A stretch of DNA of 50,574 nucleotides, the filler included, from Jimgerdemannia flammicorona (lineage: Eukaryota), in the NCBI GenBank assembly GCA_003990765.1. It is 2 parts of 2 records of this genome, joined end to end, with 100 filler letters (N's around TTAATTAATTAA, not from the genome) between each part and the next. Parts side by side here need not be neighbours in the genome. Positions count along the whole stretch, not along the records: positions 1 to 25,238 come from RBNJ01000864.1; positions 25,339 to 50,574 come from RBNJ01000865.1. The stretch is one strand, 5' to 3'. How positions within the stretch are numbered: the stretch's first letter is position 1; the number at the start of each line of letters is the position of its first letter. Shown here piece by piece: positions 24,361 through 36,400 of the stretch. The position numbers were made by a program, and so were the translations under genes. A model generated the notes under the pieces. The model ran no database searches, was not told the origin of the DNA, and saw only the letters and a list, made by a program, of their open reading frames with translations.

Positions 24361-24734
24361 AAATAGTAAGTTCTAATTTTAAAGTTATTATCAAAATTAT
24401 TATCTTTAAAATTAGTATCCTCTAAGTTATTATTTAAATATTCTATAATATTTATAATTTAAAAATATGAATTAAATTTAATTTAAATGTTACAAATAAT
24501 ATAAACATATTTATATTTATACTTACAAACTCATCTAACTCATCTTTATCTTACATTTGATGAGAATAATAATGATATAGATGTATCCTAACAGCTTTCT
24601 TATCTTTATCATTTTGATATATTACTGAGAGAGTTGTAGTATCATCAAGATTACTTCTAGATCTATTTTGAAAATTTTACTTGATATCAAAATAACTTTT
24701 TAGCCTACTATTATTTTAGTAAAATAATGACCTA

Positions 24735-25010
24735 TAGAGTAATTGCTTGGAGAGTAACACATTGAAAAATGACAGCCCAGAGAGTGATAGTTTGGAAAAC
24801 AATAACTTGAAGAGTAATGGCCCAGAGAGTGATAACTTAAGAAGGAGTAATAGCTTAGAAAGTAATGATTTGAAAAGTTAGAGCTTAGGGAGCAATAACT
24901 TAAAAAGTAATAGATTGGAAAATAGTAACTTGAAATGTGGTAGCTTGGAGAGTAAAGACTTGGAGGGCAAAGACTTAGAGAGTAATATCTTAGAAAACAA
25001 TAGCTTAAAT
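24735..25010. repeat. Degenerate 15-bp tandem repeat (about 18 units, consensus near AGAGTAATAGCTTGG)
   Basis: Units such as AGAGTAAAGACTTGG, AGGGCAAAGACTTAG and AGAGTAATATCTTAG recur at 15-nt spacing. Confidence 0.75.
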
Positions 25011-25205
25011 AGTTTATTGTTTAATTTAAAAATAGTCTATAGCTTAGAGATATTACTTTAATTAAGAAATAACTTAGGGAGACTTCTATAATTATATATA
25101 AGCTCAGCTAGACTATTGATATTTGAAGGAGACTCAGAGTGTAGAGGGAGATTTTGATCATCTAGAGATAGCTCAATGATGTTGGAGTATTTACTATCAG
25201 AGACT

Positions 25206-25238
<33 letters not shown>

Positions 25239-25338
25239 NNNNNNNNNNNNNNNNNNNNNNNNNNNNNNNNNNNNNNNNNNNNTTAATTAATTAANNNNNN
25301 NNNNNNNNNNNNNNNNNNNNNNNNNNNNNNNNNNNNNN
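25239..25338. other. Artificial contig spacer
   Basis: 44 N + TTAATTAATTAA (stop codons in all six frames) + 44 N, exactly 100 bp. Confidence 0.95.
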
Positions 25339-25545
25339 TTGAGGGAGGATGATGAGGTCATGGTGGCATGGTGGAGAGCGTGACATCGGTCAGATGCCAC
25401 TGCGGTATATGGAATGCAACCAACCCCGCCCCCGCCAAATAATAATGTCTAGGTACATCAAACAAATTCTTGAATAAACTTCTCCGCGCACCCAGAGGAT
25501 TCCAATAGTCCCCTCCACTCCACTAAAATATAGACAATTTCATAC

Positions 25546-27333
25546 CAGTTCCGCCCTCTTCAGCAGATCCCTCTCCTGCAACGGCGCGCGCGTGATTCCG
25601 ACATCGGCGCCGAGCTGACTCAGCAGGATGGTGTAGTTCTCGCCGTCCGAAACGTCCTTGCTGAAGTTGCTGACCCTGGGAACGGAAAATGAGTGTCGTA
25701 GTTAGGGAGGTGATTGGACGGAGATCCTCTAGGTAGGTAAGGCTACCCATCTCGCGAGGCACAATTTCAGGCAAAACAAGGTGCCGCGACGTTCTTCGTG
25801 TCACGCAAAAAAAGAAAAAAAGAAAAAGAAAAAAAAAAAAAAGAAAAGAAACACGTTGCACACACCTCCTCTGCCAATTCGCAGCCTTGAGGTGATAGTT
25901 GAACCACCTTAACAAAATCTGGTCGGGAGGCAGCCGGAGGAACTCGTCGAGGGTCTCGTCCTCGTCGAGGAGTCGGTAGAGCTCCGGGTGATGCTTGATG
26001 TCAATCTTTGAGAGGAGGCCGCGTTTGATGATTTGCCAAATAAGGCCGAGGATGAGATGCTCGCGGCCCTCCATGATATCGTTCGGCCCGATGTTGACGA
26101 CGGAGCAGCCAATGGCCTTGGCCGAGTTGATGACGATGTTGTTGTTCTCGATCATCTGGAACTGGTTGATCTTCTTGCCCGTGTTCAAAACCCGCTCGTC
26201 GATCGTGTCGGGGACCGCGTCGTTGATCAGTTTGCATAGGATGAGGCCGTCTGGCGGATGAGTGGGTGAGAGATTTCAATGATTGAATGCGAGGGAGAGA
26301 TTTTTATGTCTCAAACAACGGTATCCACATGCACACGATGCCGGTCATTCCCATTCCCCGACATCTTTGCTCTCCCATCATCCAACATACAGATCATAAA
26401 CCACCCAATGGTCCCAAACATGTACCTCTGCATTCATCAAACAGTTGCATTGTATTTGTGGGGATGGGCAGCTTCTTGCCAATGTCGCGGTCGCCGTCCA
26501 GCTGGGAGTTAATGTGATGGGTAAACTCAGTACGCTCGTCCTCATTGATGGTGTGCGAGGTGTTTTGGTTGGCACCCATCACCGTGATCTTGTGCTGGTG
26601 GACGTCGAAGGCACCCTTGTTGCGGCCCTCGCGGAGCTTAGAGGCGAGCTGTTTAGTATGAGAATGAGATAGTTTGGATGAGAAAATGTTTCGGATATTA
26701 GGTATTGCCGGATTTCTTTCCGGATACTGTTGTAAGAAGCCGGTTTGGCAACAAGAACCCTCATATATAGTTCATGACCTATTTAATCATCACCGATCCT
26801 CGGCATTACTCTAGATATTCCATATCAGATGATCTTGCTCATTCCATGCATATATACCCTGGGTTCACCCTTCCGTTTATCTAAAGTAAAGTACGTTTCC
26901 TCACCTCAACAAATTCATCAACGTCAATTTTGCCGGATGAGTTGGTGTTGACCTGCTTAAGCGTGGCGCGGATCTCGTCATAGCTCTCGCTCAGACGAGC
27001 TTCTTGGCACGCTTTGATGAGCTCGCTCTGTTCCAGGTAGCCGTCGGCGTCCATGTCACATTGCCTGCATGAATAGAGTAGCCGGCTCAGTCGGTAGCAG
27101 AGAGGTTGGGGGGGGGAGGGGAAGGGGGTGGAAAGGATCTCGCCAGTAGCCCCCCCCCCCCCCCCTCCTCTCTCTCCTTTGAGGCTAGGGAAGCCATGCG
27201 AAAGTATCGGCAGGACGCAAGCGTCACTAGGTTAGGAAAGGCATACGTACTCGAACTGGGCGATCAGGCCATTGATATCGTTGACAGTGAATGCTGGGTA
27301 TCTCTTCTGAAGCTGAAACACGTTGACTGGCAT
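25546..27333 (-). CDS. SAC6: Fimbrin/plastin, 5' part. Exons 27333-27251, 27064-26905, 26648-26426, 26250-25866, 25675-25546; the rest is lost at the contig end
   Basis: GT-AG introns with consistent phases. The translation gives EF-hands (DMDADGYLE, NTNSSGKIDVDEF), then CH domains DGLILCKLINDAVPDTIDERVLN, SAKAIGCSVVNIG, HLILGLIWQII, ILLRWFNYHLK and NFSKDVSDGENYTILL. Confidence 0.95.
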
Positions 27334-27519
27334 TTTGTGGGTATGTGAATTTTCTTTACAGAGGTCAATGTCGAGTGGACAGAGGTGAAGGAAAGCATTA
27401 TAACGTGTTCAAGTCAAGGAAAGGTTACACACAGACTCTCGCTGATCGGTTACGTCACATCTACAGCGATACCTGCCAAGAACTAGTTTATATATATACT
27501 ACTTGAACACAACTAACTA

Positions 27520-27583
27520 TCCGCATTGGTCTAGTGGCTAGGATCACTCGCTCTGGCCGGGGTTCGATTCCCCGATGCCGGAA
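27520..27583 (+). pseudogene. tRNA-Glu-like pseudogene lacking the 3' half of the anticodon arm
   Basis: TCCGCAT pairs with ATG(C)CGGA. A-box TGGTCTAGTGG and T-arm CGGGGTTCGATTCCCCG are intact. After ACTCG-CTCT about 9 nt are missing. Confidence 0.7.
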
Positions 27584-28994
27584 ACATTGGCGCCAAGCAC
27601 GAACAACGCCAACGATTTGTTTTCTTTTTTTTGGTGGTAGCATTCCATTCACCCCCAATCGGCCTTTCTACCATAGTGTGGTATATGCACAGTTCGCCAA
27701 GAAATTTTACATTCATCATCCCATCTGCCAAGAAAACTGCGCATGCATGTTTAGTATCGAAACCATGACGTTTCTGCATCACGATGGCGATGTATTTCGT
27801 AAGAAAAGTACTGCTGAGGAAATCTTTGCCGCTGAAGCATCCTATTTGCTATATCAATGACATAATAGAACATGAACGCATTGAAACATTGGCACAGACA
27901 AATAGTATCCTTAATTAACGGGATATTTGTGCCAACTGAATGCCAAGCAAATCGGTACTTGCGAACAAGGGGTAGGAGGGGGCCTATTAGGGAACGGTCC
28001 TATGGAATAATAGCAACAAAACTCGAGGACAGGACTTTGTAGCGGTTATCCGCTCAGACAAAGTCCGATTCCCGAGTACCAAAGGTCATCGTGGTCATGC
28101 GAACGCGCTATACAATACCTCTCACGGTTGTTTGACGGAAAGAGACATAAAATATCCGTTTCCACGATCAGTTGCACGATGAATGCCACGCTTGCGAGCA
28201 CGATGCTCGCATTTATATACCTAACCAGAAGTTAGTCCGCCAATTCTCCGCGCAGACGACAAAAATCATATATTTTAATTGCACGGAGTAGTTCCCAGTT
28301 AGCTTGTTTGTTTCTTCACAGGCGTCTGTCCTAATGTACGCAGTGTTTGACAACATCGGCAGTATTGTCGTTCACAGTGGCGGGGCTAGCAAACGATTGT
28401 CGTCTTTGGCTCGCCGTGCACAATGTGTTGATGCGTCCTTCACAACGGCCGATACTCCTGGACAGCGCGACTCAATTCCGAAAGCCTATCATTGGCAAAT
28501 AAATGACAATTTCTCCCGTCGCCTTATTGGCGGGATCCGTCGATGATGCCATACCGTCGGCTTTTTCCGTCGTGGTGCAAAGAGAACTTTTCGACTGAAT
28601 CGCACCTAGACATCCAGTATCAATACAAAAAAGGTTACGGGAACCCCCCCCCCCCCCAAACTAGAGTTCATGGTTCACGCACATTCAAACCGCGATGCAG
28701 TCTCAAAAGCTTCAAGAATATTTCTATAGCCAATTCCACATGATTATGGATGGCGATGGGAATATATTACGGTTGAAATGAGGACGCAAGAGCAACATAC
28801 GAAGACAGAACACAACAGGAGGTCTGGGAACATGACAGAAACGATGAAAGGACAGCCAACAGCTGAAATGTGAGCAACAGCTGGAGGAAGGACTATTGTG
28901 CTTACTGATGATATCAGATTTCAACTTTCTAATTAGTATTACTAATAATGTTGATACATATAGTATATAAAAGCATTATATGATAAAATTAATA

Positions 28995-29280
28995 TGTTGT
29001 GGATAATCTGGGTAGACTATTGGCCCTAGGTTCTGAGTTCTTGAGGAAGTACTAGGTTTCAAAGCCTATTGCTGAGGTATAGTCTAAGTATCACTTTCAG
29101 GATCTTGTGCCAGATAGAGGTACCATAAGTTGATCAGGCTTGGAATTATTAACAAGTCAGGTCAGAGGATTCTTTGATAAGAATACTTTTTTATTCTTGA
29201 GAGGAGAAAGTAGAGCTGAGATTACAATATACTTAGTATAGAGAATATTTATACAGATTGGAGCTATAGCTAAATATGGT
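28995..29280 (-). repeat. Probable 3' part of an LTR of another family
   Basis: Minus strand shows GTATAAATA, then AATAAA, ending CCACAACA. It is CpG-free. No second copy is in the window. Confidence 0.35.
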
Positions 29281-29806
29281 ATACTGGATATATCTATATA
29301 TAGTTAAACTATATATATATAGTATATAACTACTGTATTGAAATTTTTTTTAGAAATTCTATTGTAATTTTCATTAGCAATTTTGTTGGAAATTCTATTA
29401 AAATTGTCAGTAGTTTATTACTATATAATAAACTATTATATCCTTTTCTTATTTATCTGAACCTATTTATTTGATTCTATACTAAACTCTAGATATTTTT
29501 CAAACTAAAGAGCTATATATTAGACTACTTGAAAAGTAATATCACTTTAATATTCATCTATCAGATTAGTGATATTTTTAGAAAATATTCTATAAAGATA
29601 GTTAAGAACTTGAAGTTATAGACAAAAAAAGACATAAGTATAGTTGTTAATGAAAAGGTAGGATAGGTATTTGGCCTTACTGAGAGTAGTCTATTAGTAG
29701 ATATTTTATTTTATTTTATAGTATTTCTTCAGTTTTTATTAGTAGCAGAAGGCTTAAAAGTATTGAATTCTTCTAAGATATTATTGGGCTTAATTTGGAT
29801 CTAGAC

Positions 29807-30122
29807 TAGTATTCTCAATAAATTGAATCAAAGATTCTATTTGATTCAAAATTCAATTTAAACCCTATTTTTTGAAATATAATAACTTAATGAAAACACA
29901 TTCAAATTTAATGATCTTTAGCTTGTTAAATTTCTCTATATAAGAGAAATCTAATAAGCCAAAGATCATTAAATTTAGATATAAATATATTTTATTGAGT
30001 TATTATATTTCAAAAAATGGAGTTTGATTCAAACTTTATTTAAATTAAAAAATCTGCAGTTTGATTCAATTTGAATAACTCTCAATTTAATTTAAATTAA
30101 TTCAATTTATTTGGAAGTATTA
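29807..30122. mobile_element. hAT-type MITE, older copy
   Basis: Termini TAGTATTCTCAA...TTGGAAGTATTA, 8-bp TSD ATCTAGAC/GTCTAGAC. Similar to 32159-32570 in the opposite orientation. Confidence 0.75.
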
Positions 30123-31665
30123 GTCTAGACTTTCAGAAATTTATATATTAATAGTCCTTAGGCTATAAAAGTAGGCAAATTTGTCTGCAAAAATATGTAT
30201 ATATTTTTTTTTTTATTTTATGAACTCTATGTCCTGTGGATTTTTATTGGAAGAGAACCTAGACTATATAGGCCAAAACCCTCCCTCACCACCCATCAAG
30301 CACTGCCTCCCCATTAATCTAGGCTAGCTATTGTTCAGCAGCTCAACCATACCAGACACAGCAGGGCCTATATTAGCCCATACCTCATTCTGTACACCAT
30401 GCTCTCCCTATCACCAGGGGAAACCCAGCTATATGTCAATGACTGAAAGTACATACCCAAGAACCCAACATATATATGTATAAGACTATGCCCGAGCTGA
30501 ATAGAATAGCTCCTGCCACCCCAAAGAGAATGACAGGTAAAGAAAAAACCCTCATCAAAGTACAACACAGTAGGTAGAGCCTGATTCTCTCAGTCAAGAT
30601 GAGTAGAGGACTTACATATGAGACAGGAGGAGACCTCCAATACTCCACTACTCAAGCCTGTGGGCCTTGATCACGTTGCCATATCAGCTCTCGGTTCTAG
30701 TTGAGTGCAGCCAAGATGCCTGAAATAGGTAGCCTCGGGCCCCCCGACCCTCTCAGATAACCAGGGCCCAATCCCACAAATCGCCAAAAGAAGCCGAGAG
30801 TGATACCTATTACCTAACTGCACTGCACCAATCAAAAGGCCCCACTGAAGCAGCACCTGCCTCAGCCCTGATGACCACCCCCAGCCTAGCACCCTACTGG
30901 TTCACTGTTATCGCCCTTCCTCCTATCTGTAATAGCCATCTCCCCTCTCAACCTGACAACACCTGAAAATCAGTTACCTATATCAGAACTGTACTTGCTG
31001 GAAAGCTCGCCAAAGCCAGAGGGCCCCACTACAGGCACCGAGGACCTGCAAGTAACCTATACTGAGCACTTGATGCCCAAGGTCAGCTGACTCCCTACGT
31101 AGCCTGAGATATACTGAGACAACTCCATGTTGGCAATGGCAAAAGGAAAAAGGTGCTACATTAAAATGGGTATACCCCAGATGCAGCTGAAGGCACCAGA
31201 ATCTGCAAAAAAGTGGAGGAAGCATCGATCTGACATTGATAAAGGGGCAACTCATCACCATTGCCCTCCTTCCACCATACCCCTGCAGGCACAGCAAACC
31301 AACCCAAGGTAGAGGGGGTAATATTAGGGGAAAGGGGACTCAGAAGATCGCCTACCAAATCTTGTGACCAGTAAGGTAGCAGAGAAAGGAGCTGTGCAAA
31401 AAAATATATATATATATATATATTGTAACAGTGACTCCAGAATGATAATATCAGCACAGGAGACAGTCTTTCTTTGCAAGCCACCAGATTGGAACACAAA
31501 AAGATTATATAGCATATGAGATGAGCAATGATGACCAACTGTAAGTCATTATGACCACAGTACAAGTATCCTGAAGAATATAAAAGAAGGATCAAGGAAC
31601 TGCAGTAGCAGTAACTAACAAGAACCACTAATTCCAAATTAGCTCAAAGACTTACCATAAACAAA

Positions 31666-32895
31666 ATACCTGCTGCCCACCAAACCTCAAGGTCAAGGAA
31701 CCACCAAGGTATCTCAGTTGAAGAAAGAATGTTCTAAGACATCAGAAGAGCCATAAGGACCTGCTCAAGAAGGACTCCTAGTATATATCAACCTGGGTAC
31801 TAGAGACCCCTATCACTTTATTCTCTACTACTATGAAATGGAAACAAGGATCACCATTGCTATCGAATGCCTCCAAATGTAGCAGGAGTATGAAATAGGA
31901 AACCTCCTCTGCCGGGAGTTCCCACAGGCCAGCACTCAAGAGCTAAAAGATGCTACTTCCATAGATATATATGAAACAAGGACAACTAAGAAGATCCATC
32001 AGATCTTCAGGAATAGTTGATCCCCAACTTGGAATATGTTAGAGTCTCAGATTTCAGAGATCTGTCATCCCACCATATCAATGCACTAGAAGCCAGAGTG
32101 GCTACAGAAGCCCAGTCCACTATTACTCTCAATAATAATGAAGTAGAAGACTTCTGGCTAGTGCTCTCAAATGAGTCGAATCAATTCAAATTAAATTGAA
32201 TTGAGGGTTAAATAAGTTGAATCGAATTGGGGATTTTTCAATTCAAATCAATTTGAATCAAATCAAAAGTCAAATCAAATTGAGGGTCTGATTCAAACCC
32301 TAATTTTCAAAATGCAATAACTCACCATAAACTCATCCAAATCTAACATACTTTAGCTTATTAGAATCACATTAATATAGTGAATCTAACAAGTGAAAAT
32401 ATGTTAAATTCAGATAAGTTTTCATCGAGTTATTATATTTTGAAAATTAAGGTTCAAATTGAATTAGACCTTTGATTCGATTCGAATTGAATTGAATTGG
32501 ACCCTTGATTCGATCAAATTGAATCAAGTTTGGGCCAAATTCGATTTGATTTGATTTGTTGGGAGCACTACTTCTGGTACCCTATCCTTCAGGACAACCC
32601 AGACCAATTCCTGTAAGGGTTGATCTCAGTATTCCAAGGCCCAAGCATCTAGGTTAGATCTCCCCAAGACCCCACATTTGTCTCCTATTTTGTGGAAGAG
32701 AACCTCATAGACTAGAGAGCTCCAGATCTTGTTCCCAATTTCTCCACTACCAAAAGTGATGACATCATCAGCAATGATGTCATCCTGTATGATATTGAAG
32801 CACGTGAAAATGATGAATTCATGAATCTCATCTCCTTCAGTAATGATGATGATGATGAGGATGAAGCCCCCATGGTCCTGAACTTTCTGCTCTAA
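31666..32895 (+). pseudogene. LTR-encoded accessory ORF, copy in the B1 5' LTR (ATG>ATA, MITE insertion, small indels)
   Basis: Collinear with 39313-40125. Confidence 0.75.
32159..32570. mobile_element. hAT-type MITE (412 bp) inserted in the B1 5' LTR
   Basis: TIR TAGTGCTCTCAA...TTGGGAGCACTA and 8-bp TSD CTTCTGGC/CTTCTGGT. The empty site is seen in the other B LTRs. Subterminal TCGAAT/TCAAAT arrays are present. Confidence 0.92.
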
Positions 32896-33494
32896 GGTCT
32901 TTGTTACACTAAATAATGCCAGCACCAGTATTCTCATGTAATATTAGATAATGCCAGCACTAGCATTCTGAGGTAATGTGAAATTGTTCCAGCATCGGTA
33001 TTCTGATATAACACTAAATTATACCAGTATCCTTAACCTGTACAACCATCAGTGCTGACTCTGAAACTTAGTAGTTTTAGTTATTAGAATTTATATTTAG
33101 CTTTATATATTAGCAACCATTGAATTATATTTTGTATAAATACTCCTCTTATTTCCTCTGAAATAAAGTCAGTCTTTTCAGTGTAATATACACAATCTAT
33201 TACAAGCAATCTAAGAGATAACAAGACAGTTAAAGATAAGAAGTTTGAGGACTATAAGACCTTGAGAAGGCACTCCAATAAGAACTTGCTTATAACAAAA
33301 CTTGAGTTAGTCTAAGAGATATATCTTGAAGAGAATCTGGCATATTTGAAGAACTCAGTGACTACTACATGACAACTTGGTGCCCATTGGCTGGTGATTC
33401 AAGATGAATCCCTCACTTTCAAGCTAAAAAACAAACAACCCCCACAACAACTACTCTGACTATAAGAGTCACCTCTGCAAGAATTTAAGATAAG

Positions 33495-36400
33495 ATGAAA
33501 ATACATCCCCCCACATTCTATGGATATACTACTGAAGAGTCAATCTTAATCTTCATTGAAGACTTTGAAAAATTTGCTGCCATATGAGCCCTTAGTGTGG
33601 ATGCTCAATTAGCCCTTCTACCAGTTAGCCTCAGAGGACCTGCTAGAGACAAGTTCAATGCAGTCACTATTGCTGATGCTGGTACAGCCAAACTTACCAA
33701 CATAAAGGCCTTCCTCAGAACAATATATTATACCAAAGAGATCAAGCAAGCTCTCAAGGATCAACTCAATACTATCTGCCAGGAACTTAGTGAAGATCCT
33801 AACTCATTCTATATCTGAATCTGCTACCAGATTGTCTTGGCTGGCTATGATGACTGCCTTAAGGAACAAATAGCAGATTCAACTTTCCTCAAAGAAGTTC
33901 ACCCTGAAATTGCTCTAGCAATCCAGTCTATCCCAGCTGCACTGACCCTTGATCAGAAAGTGATCTTTGCACAGAGATATTAGACTGCCAGACACTCTGC
34001 CAAACACTCAATGGAGAAAATAACTGGCATCAAGATGGAGCCATCAAAGCCAACTAGTATCTTACCTGCCACAGTTGTAAACAGACAACCAACCCCACCT
34101 ACCCCTAAGACAGCCAAAGCTGACCCAGTGGAAGAACTCACCAAGCAGTTCACTGAGATGACTGCACACTTTGGTGATGTTGTTAGAGAAGTCTGAAGCA
34201 CCAACAGAGACCAGTGCAGAGATTTGCAGCTGCTACAGAAGAATACAATATCACATGCTTCAGATATGGAGAAGAAGGCCACTATGCAAAGAATTGCATG
34301 ACTGAAACAAGATGTAAAGCCCAACTAAGTAATACTAGCAGAACTAGAGAACAAGCCAATGCAATAGTCGTCAAGGAGATTGGTGATACTGAGGATGAAG
34401 AATACTATAAGGAGCTTGAATTCTACCCTGCTATTGAAGGTATCAGAACCCAGTCCAAGCCCTATGACAAAAAGAGCAACAGCAAGCCAGTTGGAAGACC
34501 AAAGAAGATCCCAGCCATCACTATTCAAAGCAAGCCCAATCTGAGGAGATTGATCAAGACATGGAGTTAGATGAAGCTGCTTGCCAAATTATTGAAGGCA
34601 CTACTCCAGTCTCAGGAGAAAGCAAAAGCAAGAAGGAACAGAAGCTGTGCAAGACCAAGATCCATCAGTATGACATTTACAAGGACCTCAAGAAACAGAA
34701 GGTCAATGCTACTTTTGGACAACTAGCCAAAGTCCCTGCCTTCAGACAGTAGTTGAGAGTAGGACTTGCAACTACTACCAAGAATCAAGAGTACAAGATT
34801 ATAGAAGCTCACAATGCACAGAAAGAATCTGAGAACTCAGGTGAAGAATCCAAAGACCAGTACAAGATATCAGCCTATACCCCATGTCAGATTTAAGACT
34901 GTATCTTTGATGTTATCATTGATACTGGTGCTGGAGGATACCTCATGAGCAAGAAGGCAATTGACTGCCTAGGCTGGGACATTGAAGAGTCCACCAAGAT
35001 AGTCTATGTTACAGTAGATGGTACATAAGCTACTCTCCTTGGCAAAATCCGAGAAGTCCCCATCAAGATAGGAGGAGCTACCATCCCAGTAGATGTGATT
35101 GTTATAAGTAGCACCAACTATGACATCCTTATTGACAACCAATGACTTCACAAGGCCAAGGTCATCATTGATCTCAATACCCAGAAGATGCAGATCAACT
35201 ATAGAGGAAGAAAGGTACAAGTCTCTATCAATGTCCACAAAGGAGTTCTACCAGACATGGAGGAAGGAGATGAAGAAGATACAGAGGTCTTCATGCACTC
35301 AGTAAATAAGAACAAGAGTAAGACACCTAAGCTCACAGATGAGCAGTGGTACAACAAGATCATCAATAGCTATGCCCCTCAAGGAAGATGCCCCCATGGT
35401 ACTAAGATGTACTGCTCTGAACACCTGGATAACTGCTGGTCCTGTATCAGTGAAGTCAGGAAAATCTGCCAACAGAAACATTAGCAAGAAGCTGCCAAAG
35501 CAAAAAGGAAAACTGAAGAAGATGACCAGCCCCCAGAGCTCCAAGCTGACAGTAATGATGAGGAGGAACAAGAATCAGACATTACTCTCAAGGTTAAGAA
35601 GTTTCACCCCAAAGCCAAGATCTCAAAATATAAGACTAAAGGAGCTATAGAAATAGACCTTACCAGCATTCAAGATACTACCCTCAAACCACAGACTACT
35701 ACACTACTTAGTACTGGAATTAGAGTCAAGCTGCCAGAGAACTATATCAGAATTATTAAGACCAGGAGCAGTCTGGCCAAAAGCAAAATCTCAGTTGAAG
35801 GAGGAGTAATTGACCCCAATTACACTGGTGAGATCTTCCTCATAGTTAGAAATCATAACCACACCACCCCCTTTGAAGTCAAGAAGTATGACAGGATTGG
35901 CCAGATACTGATCCATGAAATCAAGAAGCCCAAGATCATTGAAGCCATCAAACTCATCAAGATCAAGAGAGGAGAACAAGATATTGGATCTACTGGAAGA
36001 GGAGCCTATGCTACTACCAAGATTACCAAACTCGAGCACAAGAAAGACAAGGACCAGAACAAGTACACATATACCATTGGAGAAAACTTTCCCCTAGAGA
36101 AACAACTTCTCAAGATCCTGCACCAGAATGAAAGAGTACTTGCTACAGACTTCAGGGATATCTACAATCAAGAACCCAAGTACTACCATGAAGTTAACAC
36201 TGGCGATACCAAGCCCATCTACCAGAAAGCCAGACCCATACCACCTGCCTACAGAGAGTGGCTGTGAGCAGAACTCAAGGAAATGGAAGAAGCTGGGATT
36301 ATCAAGCAAGCTATCAGCCTCTGGGCCTCACCCATTGTCCTTGCCCTGAAGAAAGGAAGCAAGCTAGGAGAGTTTGCACCAAGACTCTGCATTGACTATG

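Noticed and set aside
23993..24425. Repeat-rich ORFs of 133 and 109 aa, superficially LRR-like or CRISPR-like
   Set aside because: They are products of an eroded 18-bp tandem repeat, with no unique spacers and a eukaryotic context.
25283..25294. TTAATTAATTAA palindrome between N runs
   Set aside because: It is a six-frame-stop assembly linker. Adjacency of the two halves is not biological evidence, and the fimbrin truncation is an artefact.
27080..27100. GGCTCAGTCGGTAG resembling a tRNA D-arm
   Set aside because: No T-arm or acceptor stem, and it lies inside fimbrin intron 1.
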